Shown here in pieces: positions 18,661 to 26,173 of a stretch of DNA of 64,000 bases. The notes under the pieces are model-generated. The model was not told the DNA's origin. It made no database searches and worked only from the letters and a program-made list of their open reading frames with translations. The translations under genes were made by a program, and so were the position numbers. The stretch's first letter is position 1. Each line of letters starts with the position of its first letter. Location: sequence record MN106245.1; one strand, written 5' to 3'. The stretch is from Klebsiella phage EI.

Positions 18661-19002
18661 TTAGAAAAATAATCCTCGCTTTTTAGGCACCATCTCAAAT
18701 TGTCTTTTAAGACACTGCATGACATGAGGATATAAAATGTCTTTATCGGATGGTGTACTGAATTTAACAGCCACTTCACCGTTTGGCTTAATGTCCAGTT
18801 CATGGATATAAACGATGTGTTCTTCACCGTCTAATCTTATCACCATTTCTTGGATAACACTAGCCATTGCTTCTTTGATTATACTATGGGATTTGTCGAA
18901 GATTCTTTGAGAGCGTTCAAACTCCCCTTCTTCAAGGGGAGCTTCAGCTTCAATTTCTTCGGCCAGAGACTCTAGGTCCAGGTCTTCGAAGTTATTCTTC
19001 AT
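18661..19002 (-). CDS. 40: gp40-like head vertex assembly chaperone, ~113 aa
   Basis: Position between uvsX and 41 as in T4; start refined to ATG 19002. Confidence 0.45.
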   Translation of the reverse strand: MKNNFEDLDLESLAEEIEAEAPLEEGEFERSQRIFDKSHSIIKEAMASVIQEMVIRLDGEEHIVYIHELDIKPNGEVAVKFSTPSDKDILYPHVMQCLKRQFEMVPKKRGLFF

Positions 19003-20161
19003 CAGCGAAATTGTCCAGTTCGTCTTCAATATCAGCAGCACTAGGGGCCGATTTGGCTTTTACTGGAATTTTAGTTGATGGCTTAGAAGATAACAGGTCA
19101 GCAACCGCATCATCAACTTCTTTAATAGAAGAAATAGCACCGAGTTTATACTTGGTTTCGATTGCATCACGGAACGGCTTATGTTTAAACAAAGGACCCC
19201 AGAATTCTACATCATCTGTGGCTTTAGCACGCCATGACTTTTCTTCTTGAACCATTTCACCAGTTTCTTCGTCTAAGAAAGCACGAGAATACCAGCCTGC
19301 TTTAGGTTTAACAACGAAGCCGATTTCCGTGGCCAGTTCAAGCAGTCCGGAGAACGGATCGATACCGCCTTTGAAGTTAACAGTGATCGGGAACGTGGAT
19401 TTCTCTTGAACTGTACGAGATTTCTCAGCTTTAAGAGTAAAATCATACCCAGTTAGTTCAGTACCTTCTTTAACCTGACGTTTAGAAATAAAGAATACGG
19501 TACTTGCAGAATAAAGAATGCCGGTACCACCGCCCATAACTTCTTTAGGATACATACTGCCGATTTCCATGGCTGTATGGTTAATAGCCACACAAGGGAT
19601 ATCTTTAATCGTCAAATAAGGTGTAACGATACGGAACAGAGATTTAAGAGACTTAGCACGAGTCATGTCACCAACCTGTTTCTCGTCTAAAGCATCTTGC
19701 GTTTCTTTCTTAGAAGCTGTGTTACCAATAGAGTCGATGAACATAATTACTTTGTCACCACGTTCTATAGCTTCCAGCTGGTTGACCATATCGATTTTCA
19801 GTTGTTCAACTGACTGAATTGGAGTATGGACAACACGTTCTAAGTCAACACCCATTGAACGGAAATAACTTTCAGAAGCACCAAATTCACTGTCGTAGAA
19901 CAGACAAATTGCATCTGGGTATTTCTTCATATATGCAGCGACCATAGTCAGACCAAACAGAGTTTTAAAGTGTTTGGACGGTGCTGCAAAGATTGTTAAG
20001 CCACTTTGTAAACCTGTATTCAATCCACCACCTAATGCAATATTCAGCATAGGAATTCGCGTCATAACTTCATCACGACCATTGAACAGTTTTGATTTAG
20101 TCAGATCAGCAGTCAGTTTAGTGGTAGAAGCTTTAATCAGGCGAGATTTCAAATCGGACAT
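18992..20161 (-). CDS. uvsX: UvsX recombinase (RecA/Rad51 family), 389 aa
   Basis: RecA-fold motifs (FAAPSKHFKTLFG, IMFIDSIG); length matches T4 UvsX. Confidence 0.9.
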   Translation of the reverse strand: MSDLKSRLIKASTTKLTADLTKSKLFNGRDEVMTRIPMLNIALGGGLNTGLQSGLTIFAAPSKHFKTLFGLTMVAAYMKKYPDAICLFYDSEFGASESYFRSMGVDLERVVHTPIQSVEQLKIDMVNQLEAIERGDKVIMFIDSIGNTASKKETQDALDEKQVGDMTRAKSLKSLFRIVTPYLTIKDIPCVAINHTAMEIGSMYPKEVMGGGTGILYSASTVFFISKRQVKEGTELTGYDFTLKAEKSRTVQEKSTFPITVNFKGGIDPFSGLLELATEIGFVVKPKAGWYSRAFLDEETGEMVQEEKSWRAKATDDVEFWGPLFKHKPFRDAIETKYKLGAISSIKEVDDAVADLLSSKPSTKIPVKAKSAPSAADIEDELDNFADEE

Positions 20162-20184
20162 TAATATTTACCATTAGTCACCAT

Positions 20185-20240
20185 TATATTTTTCTCACGT
20201 TGTTTATAAAGTAGAGTAATTATACACTCAAGGTTTAACA
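20185..20240 (-). promoter_or_regulatory. candidate MotA-dependent middle promoter for uvsX (MotA-box-like TTGCTG ~19 nt upstream of TATAAT)
   Basis: minus strand aaTTGCTGttaaaccttgagtgTATAATtactctac; shares 20-mer with gene 56 upstream. Confidence 0.35.
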
Positions 20241-20244
20241 GCAA

Positions 20245-20514
20245 TTAAATCTTTAAACTTGTTTGCTTTGCCTGCTCTTCAGCGATAAGAGCATCCATCT
20301 TAGCGTCGTGTTCTCGCTTCATAGCCATTGCTTCTTCATGGTCACTAGAGTAGTGAACTTGGTTAGAGTTTGCATTACGGACATAGCCTATATTGTTGCC
20401 GCCGACGGTAAAGATTGTACCAACATCAGAAAGACGGTATGTATTTCCGTCTTCATGTTGAGCACACCCATTAAGAGTTAATGCGGCCAGTACGAGAATT
20501 AATTTAAGTTTCAT
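20245..20514 (-). CDS. putative lipoprotein, 89 aa
   Basis: MKLKLILVLAALTLNGC lipobox; ATG 20514 with GGAGAA SD (track start 20547 inside promoter). Confidence 0.45.
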   Translation of the reverse strand: MKLKLILVLAALTLNGCAQHEDGNTYRLSDVGTIFTVGGNNIGYVRNANSNQVHYSSDHEEAMAMKREHDAKMDALIAEEQAKQTSLKI

Positions 20515-20527
20515 AGTTCTTCTCCAA

Positions 20528-20580
20528 GTGTAGGAACACTTTAACACATTCCTACACTATTGTAAACCGCACGGTTTACA
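20528..20580 (-). promoter_or_regulatory. early promoter/stem-loop cassette P6 plus palindromic -35 (GTAAACCGcACGGTTTAC)
   Basis: IR GTGTAGGAACA/CATTCCTACAC; GTTTAC present on both strands. Confidence 0.5.
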
Positions 20581-20588
20581 AAATAAAT

Positions 20589-21488
20589 TTATTCATTAAT
20601 TACTACTTGCTTATAAGCAGGAATATTATATGGAGAATTTATTTTAGCCTTAAAATAGATGAACTCTGCTAGCCCAGGATGGAACACTTTTTCAGGGTCT
20701 TCAAAGTACTGGATAGTTGGCTGACCCATTAGTACTTGGTAGTATTCTTTCTTGGTTAGGCGCAGAACGTGGATCTTGGCTTCTTTAGGATACTGTTCAC
20801 GTTTGAAACTCATGTTCGGGTCTGTGATATACAAGACACGATCTGCTGCAATAGCGCATTCAACAACTTGGTCAAAACGATAACAAGGGTCACTGATACG
20901 GAATGGATGAAAAATACCATCAAGATGGATTGGTTCCAGGCCTTCTGTATAACGTTCCATGACACTTGGGTTGACGACTCGTTGATCTACAAAGATACGG
21001 TCTGGAATTGCACCAGCCGCTACGAGAACGTCTTTCTGACCGTGATTAAGAACAAATGTTGCTACAGACTTGTTCACAGATTCAACGTCAATGTCAATAA
21101 ACTCGTCAATATAATACCGAGGATTCTCAGGGTCTTTAGTTATATTAAAAACAAAGAATACCTCATGGTTGCCTTGATATCCAGTAATATCTGTCACTAG
21201 ATAAGAGCAGTCGTAGTAATCAACCAAAGAATCAACTATAAACTGATTTTCTTCCCAGAAATGTTTACGAGTTTCATAAGCATTTTCCTTGTACCAAAGA
21301 GGAACAAATTCAAACTCTGGGAATAGTTCTTTACATTCTTCGATATCACTTGCGTTACGTGGAACCGCGATGATATCACCAGCACTAGCACGATTCAAAT
21401 GTAACTGGAAGTTGCCGTCCTTAAGGACGGCGTATTCACCAGTTTCATAGCTTCGCATACTAAAGATTGGTACACGGAAATAAGCCAT
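20589..21488 (-). CDS. hypothetical protein, 299 aa, occupying the T4 beta-glucosyltransferase slot; candidate DNA-modifying transferase
   Basis: ATGA-coupled to gene 42 stop; no recognisable motif by eye; position between 42 and uvsX. Confidence 0.5.
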   Translation of the reverse strand: MAYFRVPIFSMRSYETGEYAVLKDGNFQLHLNRASAGDIIAVPRNASDIEECKELFPEFEFVPLWYKENAYETRKHFWEENQFIVDSLVDYYDCSYLVTDITGYQGNHEVFFVFNITKDPENPRYYIDEFIDIDVESVNKSVATFVLNHGQKDVLVAAGAIPDRIFVDQRVVNPSVMERYTEGLEPIHLDGIFHPFRISDPCYRFDQVVECAIAADRVLYITDPNMSFKREQYPKEAKIHVLRLTKKEYYQVLMGQPTIQYFEDPEKVFHPGLAEFIYFKAKINSPYNIPAYKQVVINE

Positions 21489-22201
21489 CAGATAAAACCT
21501 CTTACATAATCAAAATCACGTTCAAAGACGTGGGCTGAAACCATAGTGTGAGAATACGTACCTAATTGTACACCACATTTATCGGCAATGTATTGCATTA
21601 ACTTGCCTTGCAGATAAAAGTCTAGCTGCATCACTACGGCACAGTTCTGTGAACGCATATGTGTATGGGCATAAAGCTTGCCTTCACGGATATAGTACGT
21701 TATAGAATCTGTACACGGGTATTCAAGTGATTCATCTGAATCTAGAAGTGCTTGGTCTTGCTCTTGGAGAATTTGGAACACAACACGTCGCGAGTTAGGC
21801 TTTTCTTTAAGCTCTTTAAGCAATGCAGGGAGTTGGGCAGCAATTCGAGGTCCATAGAAAGTGTTGAAGTTTGCAGGCAGTACGTCACTTTTCGGCTTAT
21901 CAATGAACTTAGCAACATTCGGGTATTCCTTAAATGCTTCAGCGGCATCAGTACCACCAGAAATCATGAATTGCCAGAATGCTTCAGCATAATCATAATC
22001 AATACGGTTGATACGAGAATCGGTGAATTTGAACGTTGTCGGATCGGTTACTTCGATTGAAGCAGAACCGATTTCATTACAACGGCCAATACGAGAATCA
22101 ATAACGAACTGCGGATTGTTGAGAATCTCTTCGTTCAGTACTTTGAATGCGGTTTGGAAAGACGGGTATGTAATATGTTTCATTCTGTTGTGCTCTGACA
22201 T
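21488..22201 (-). CDS. 42: thymidylate-synthase-fold deoxypyrimidylate hydroxymethylase (gp42-like dCMP hydroxymethylase), 237 aa
   Basis: TS-family core (PNSRRVVFQI, HTHMRSQNCAVVMQ vs T4 gp42 PDSRRGIMIY, AVVNMRSNDVV); locus next to 43. Confidence 0.65.
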   Translation of the reverse strand: MSEHNRMKHITYPSFQTAFKVLNEEILNNPQFVIDSRIGRCNEIGSASIEVTDPTTFKFTDSRINRIDYDYAEAFWQFMISGGTDAAEAFKEYPNVAKFIDKPKSDVLPANFNTFYGPRIAAQLPALLKELKEKPNSRRVVFQILQEQDQALLDSDESLEYPCTDSITYYIREGKLYAHTHMRSQNCAVVMQLDFYLQGKLMQYIADKCGVQLGTYSHTMVSAHVFERDFDYVRGFI

Positions 22202-22217
22202 TAAAAAATCCTATTAT

Positions 22218-22245
22218 ATACTAAAAGAGGCCGAAGCCTCTTTGC
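22218..22245 (-). terminator. rho-independent terminator (AAGAGGC-ttcg-GCCTCTT + TTTAG)
   Basis: Between U32-like gene stop and gene 42; followed on minus strand by TATATAAT. Confidence 0.6.
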
Positions 22246-23406
22246 TTATTCCGGGTACCGGAGTTCGTCGTCTGAACTAGTAACATCTACGATCTGGATA
22301 GAATCCAGAGGCCGGTCATTTTTAGATAACTGGCGCTTGTAGTAACGTTCGCAGTAAGTACAAGTACTACCGCAGACTTCATTAGCACAGTCAAATGTAG
22401 GATGTTTGAACCAACGTTTTTCAAGGAAGCCATCTAACAAAGAAGTCTCGATATTCACAGTATGGCTATAGTTAGCGTCAGATTCACCGTTGTAGATAGT
22501 TTCGAGAGGTTTCCACAACTCAAGAAGGTTACCTTCAAATTGCTCTGAAGAATACGCTTCAAGAACCTTCATGATGTATTCGGTTGAGCCTGTTCGACCA
22601 GAGACTTTGAACTGCGTGATGCCAATATCACGATACAGTTTTAGGTCTTGTGGACGCACAAAACGTGTGCGTAGCCAGTTGAAAGGGTCGGTGTCTCGAG
22701 CTTTAATGCAGTGCTGCATTGGATAACCGTCGAGCGATTTTGCATCTTCTGCAGTAATGTCGGTACTGTGGAAAATATAGCAAGAATCACGATAACTACA
22801 ATGAGTCGTGTAACCCTTGCCTGCGTTTGAGCAGAACTCATTAACGAGGACTTCAAAGATAATACCATTTTCATTACAAAATGCTGCGGCTTGTTTCAAG
22901 AAGTTAACTGATCTGTTCTTATGAATCCCACAGCACACTTTCTTAATGTTGTACTGATCATGAAGATATTTTATTTGAGTAACAGCATCAACATGCAGGA
23001 TAGTTGATACCTCAATTTCAATTTCTTTATTTACTTCACGAACAATTTCCATTACAACCGGGTTAGCTATAGTGATACGCCAAACACCAATAGAAGATAA
23101 GTACTGTACGTAATCTTGAATGGCTTGTTTTTTCCATTCTGTCAGTTCGCGTTTGGTCCCTGGGTTTATACTGTTTAAAGTATAATTAAAGCAAATACCG
23201 AGTTCGTTACAACGTCGAACGTAAGTTTCCAGCTGGCCATCTTTAACATCAGGCAAACGGAAGTCCGGTCGAGCAGCGACAAAGGCCATCGCTCGTGTAC
23301 TACCATAAACTTCATTAATCAGTGACTGTGGATTCTTAGCATTCAGCTCAACGATTTTATCCAGAAGAGCCAAGTCAAAATTAGTTCCGACCTTAAATAC
23401 GTTCAT
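22246..23406 (-). CDS. peptidase-U32-family protein (RlhA/TrhP/UbiU-like putative Fe-S, O2-independent hydroxylase-type enzyme), 386 aa
   Basis: U32 core pattern (ICFNYTLNSINPGT..; VWRITIANPVVMEIVREV..EVSTILHV) and Cys-rich E-x-F..C..C..C segment (NEFCSNAGKGYTTHCSYRDSC) plus C-terminal CANEVCGSTCTYC. Confidence 0.45.
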   Translation of the reverse strand: MNVFKVGTNFDLALLDKIVELNAKNPQSLINEVYGSTRAMAFVAARPDFRLPDVKDGQLETYVRRCNELGICFNYTLNSINPGTKRELTEWKKQAIQDYVQYLSSIGVWRITIANPVVMEIVREVNKEIEIEVSTILHVDAVTQIKYLHDQYNIKKVCCGIHKNRSVNFLKQAAAFCNENGIIFEVLVNEFCSNAGKGYTTHCSYRDSCYIFHSTDITAEDAKSLDGYPMQHCIKARDTDPFNWLRTRFVRPQDLKLYRDIGITQFKVSGRTGSTEYIMKVLEAYSSEQFEGNLLELWKPLETIYNGESDANYSHTVNIETSLLDGFLEKRWFKHPTFDCANEVCGSTCTYCERYYKRQLSKNDRPLDSIQIVDVTSSDDELRYPE

Positions 23407-23942
23407 TTAATACCTGTTTTATTTTCAATATATGCGAAAAGGCGTTTAGCTTCGTCTTCATTATATCTCAAAACCCGATTAAAGCCATCATGCTCTAAAA
23501 GCTTAAACACGTTTTCAAAGTTGCGCTCGTACTCGGTAATAGTCAGATTAAACTCATCTTTAGTCAGTTTAATCAAATCATCTTCGAAGTCTTCGTCAAG
23601 TTTGTTGCGTGACAAAATGACTTCAACTATGTCAAATTCTTGTTTGAATCGAATCCAATCTCTAAGGTGTTCATATGGGTCTATTTCACCACGAAGGAAT
23701 CCAGAATAAACTATATTACTAGGGTACCCTCGGTCAAGAATATAGACAAAATTAGGATCTAAGAACTTGTATAAGGTTTCGACCAAGGCTTTATCGTTAT
23801 CTGTACCTAATGAAATACACTTGCCATTAATTGATTTAGGAAAATCAATTAGTTTTACCTTAGGATTCCTAATAAGAGCCTTAATAAAAGATGACTTCCC
23901 TGAATTATCAGGGCCGTCTACAACAATAATTTTAGGACTCAT
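23403..23942 (-). CDS. P-loop (d)NMP/nucleoside-kinase-like protein, 179 aa
   Basis: IVVDGPDNSGKSS Walker A; LDRGYPSNIVYS (DRY/ERS-like lid motif of Tmk/dNK families). Confidence 0.5.
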   Translation of the reverse strand: MSPKIIVVDGPDNSGKSSFIKALIRNPKVKLIDFPKSINGKCISLGTDNDKALVETLYKFLDPNFVYILDRGYPSNIVYSGFLRGEIDPYEHLRDWIRFKQEFDIVEVILSRNKLDEDFEDDLIKLTKDEFNLTITEYERNFENVFKLLEHDGFNRVLRYNEDEAKRLFAYIENKTGIK

Positions 23943-24298
23943 GGATGATATGCCTTGTATGTTTCAAATGTGCCATCTTGAATCATTTTCTTAAAGTGAT
24001 CAGGTCGAATTGCTCGGTCGTCAATAATAAAATCATAACTTGGTTTATGTGTAAGCAGATTATGATACTTCAGACCAATTTTTTCAAGGTTCTTGACAAG
24101 AGCAGGGACAACTTCAGTCAGAATTCGACCTGGGCCGCAAGAGGTCATACCGCGAGCAGTGTACAAGGTTATCTCGTGGCCTTCATCATAGAGCTTGTTA
24201 ATTATGGCCACCATTTCATGGTCTGGTGCAAAGTTCAGATAATCACGATTGCTATTCCATACCGTGATTGTGTTGTCGATGTCGAAGCAGAGATTCAT
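23939..24298 (-). CDS. small HAD-superfamily phosphatase, 119 aa
   Basis: Motif I FDIDNT (DxDxT), TLYTARG (motif II Thr), K..IDD motif IV. Confidence 0.6.
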   Translation of the reverse strand: MNLCFDIDNTITVWNSNRDYLNFAPDHEMVAIINKLYDEGHEITLYTARGMTSCGPGRILTEVVPALVKNLEKIGLKYHNLLTHKPSYDFIIDDRAIRPDHFKKMIQDGTFETYKAYHP

Positions 24299-24345
24299 TA
24301 ATAGGCCTTATAGTTAAAGACGATTCACAGGTCAATACTTTATAA
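24299..24345 (-). promoter_or_regulatory. sigma70-like promoter TTGACC-N17-TATAAG upstream of HAD gene
   Basis: minus strand TTGACCtgtgaatcgtctttaacTATAAGgcctattaATG. Confidence 0.4.
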
Positions 24346-24354
24346 AGAAATGTA

Positions 24355-24392
24355 TCTTTAAAAGATTTAGGAGGAGGCATTTTAGCCTCCTT
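24355..24392 (-). terminator. hairpin AAGGAGGC-taaaat-GCCTCCTCC + T-rich tail downstream of NTase-kinase gene
   Basis: 6-8 bp GC stem; could alternatively be SD+ATG of a 42-aa ORF (MPPPKSF...). Confidence 0.4.
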
Positions 24393-24415
24393 AACAGTGT
24401 CATTACGAACTAGAA

Positions 24416-26080
24416 TCATCCGATTCGTTCCCACTGGTGGGCGATGTTACCGCCAATTGGTTTATATTTTACACCAGTTTCTTTATCAAGCAATTCCCAT
24501 TTATCAGGGCATCTGGTAATAATAGAAGCTGTGATTGGGTCTTTAACTTCAGTCACTTCGGTGCCATCGATAAGTTTACGTTTGCGAGGCCGCCTTTTAA
24601 GCAGCACACTCAGCTGATACAGACCATGATAATAAGCGCCAATAGCCTTAAGAGGGTTGTTCTTGAAATACCCTGCTAAAGCCATCCAAATAACGGCAAT
24701 CCACAGTTTATGCTTAAAGGTACACATAGGGATATCATCTAACGGCATTACTTTCTCAATGTCGACAAACATTCTAGGGCCATTCCGAGAAATACCACCC
24801 CATAGTGGATCTGCGTTAAATTTATCGTACCCATCAATAGAATAAAGCACTTTAGCTTCATCATAAATGGTAGGGCCGTACTGACTACTACCAAAATAAC
24901 CACGCGGGTCTATAATTTTAATATCACCCGAATCGGTAAACATAATGTTAGAATAATGCGGGTCGCCGTGGATCAACTGGTACGGTTCTTTATGCTCGGA
25001 TAGAATTTCTAATGCGTGTTCCAGCAGTTTTTCTGGTTTACCTACTTTAAAATCGTTAACATGGGTAATGCCTTGAGGTGCAAAACCTTCTAAAAGTTCT
25101 TTAATAGAATCGTTGCGGATTAATACCTTATCAAGAACTTCTTTCTTAACATCTGCATACCATTGCTCGTCGGTAGGAATATAGATATCGCCACCTAATG
25201 ATTTCAGAGCACTGATTACTTTATATACCATTAATACTTGGGTATCTTTGGTCATCAGAGGATATGCATCTGCCATGGTTTTACCGTAGATTCGTTCCAT
25301 CTTAATAAATTCACCTGGCGTGAAATCTACAATAGTAGGAATAAATTTCGATTGTACAGAATTATACCATTTAAGCTCTTTAGCTTGAATTTCTTTACCA
25401 TATTCATTAGTCGGGATTTTAATAGCATGTTGTTCTGTGAATTTGAGCTTGTTAAAGTCACGATTAATCTCTGAGGTTTTATGCGCTTCGGCTAATTTAA
25501 GCTTATCACCAATGTCAACAACTGACTCTAGCTTACGCTCGGTCATATAAACCATCGAATCTAAATTGTCGGCAAGGTCTTCGCCATAGTTACCTTCAAA
25601 AGAATAGAACCCGGGCCATTGAGCCACTTGATACATGCCAACCACGCCACCACCGGTCCCGATTTCACGGAAATACGGTTCTTCAAAAGTGAAACGACAA
25701 TCTGTACCAAAGGTATAGCAATAATCATTACCCCATTCTACTTCATGGCCTTCCGGAATAATGTCGCACCAATTGAACAGTACATTATGGCCTACAATAT
25801 CATCAGCAATACAATCAATAGCGTGCGCAGAACCTATAGATACATCAACATGACGAATGGTAATATCACTTATTCCAACAGACTTCATGTACCCACGAAC
25901 TAGCCCGTCAAATTTACTGTGAATTACTAGAATAATTTCATCTGATTGATTTTTATACAAATCAACCAAGTGTTTAAAAACTGTGTGCTGTTTGTAGTTT
26001 ACAAGCACTTTAGGGATTTCGTTTGTAATCGGGTATAAACGCGACCCAAGACCGGCACCCAAGATAACTACTTTACGCAT
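24416..26080 (-). CDS. bifunctional sugar-1-phosphate nucleotidyltransferase (N-term, GlmU/RmlA-like) / APH-fold sugar anomeric kinase (C-term), 554 aa
   Basis: N-term ILGAGLGSRLYPIT..PKVLV signature; C-term HGDPHYSNIMF..IKIIDPRG Brenner/APH catalytic + DxG motifs (NahK/AmgK-like). Confidence 0.6.
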   Translation of the reverse strand: MRKVVILGAGLGSRLYPITNEIPKVLVNYKQHTVFKHLVDLYKNQSDEIILVIHSKFDGLVRGYMKSVGISDITIRHVDVSIGSAHAIDCIADDIVGHNVLFNWCDIIPEGHEVEWGNDYCYTFGTDCRFTFEEPYFREIGTGGGVVGMYQVAQWPGFYSFEGNYGEDLADNLDSMVYMTERKLESVVDIGDKLKLAEAHKTSEINRDFNKLKFTEQHAIKIPTNEYGKEIQAKELKWYNSVQSKFIPTIVDFTPGEFIKMERIYGKTMADAYPLMTKDTQVLMVYKVISALKSLGGDIYIPTDEQWYADVKKEVLDKVLIRNDSIKELLEGFAPQGITHVNDFKVGKPEKLLEHALEILSEHKEPYQLIHGDPHYSNIMFTDSGDIKIIDPRGYFGSSQYGPTIYDEAKVLYSIDGYDKFNADPLWGGISRNGPRMFVDIEKVMPLDDIPMCTFKHKLWIAVIWMALAGYFKNNPLKAIGAYYHGLYQLSVLLKRRPRKRKLIDGTEVTEVKDPITASIITRCPDKWELLDKETGVKYKPIGGNIAHQWERIG

Positions 26081-26130
26081 TTCGTGTTCCTCATTTGTTG
26101 ACGAGCTATTGTACTACATAATAATTAAAG

Positions 26131-26160
26131 CGAAGCCCTAGAGTGATTCCAGGGCTTCAC
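26131..26160 (-). terminator. hairpin GAAGCCCT(11-nt loop)AGGGCTTC downstream of gene 43
   Basis: 8-bp stem; weak U-tract. Confidence 0.35.
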
Positions 26161-26173
26161 GGCCTAATCTATA

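Noticed and set aside
18645-18827. 60-aa minus ORF overlapping gp40/gp41 junction
   Set aside because: Nested out-of-frame within gp40-like ORF; no independent start signals
22241-22249. Perfect MotA-box-like TTTGCTTAT on plus strand
   Set aside because: No -10 element ~12 nt downstream on the plus strand, and no plus-strand gene follows; it is simply the reverse complement of the terminator tail
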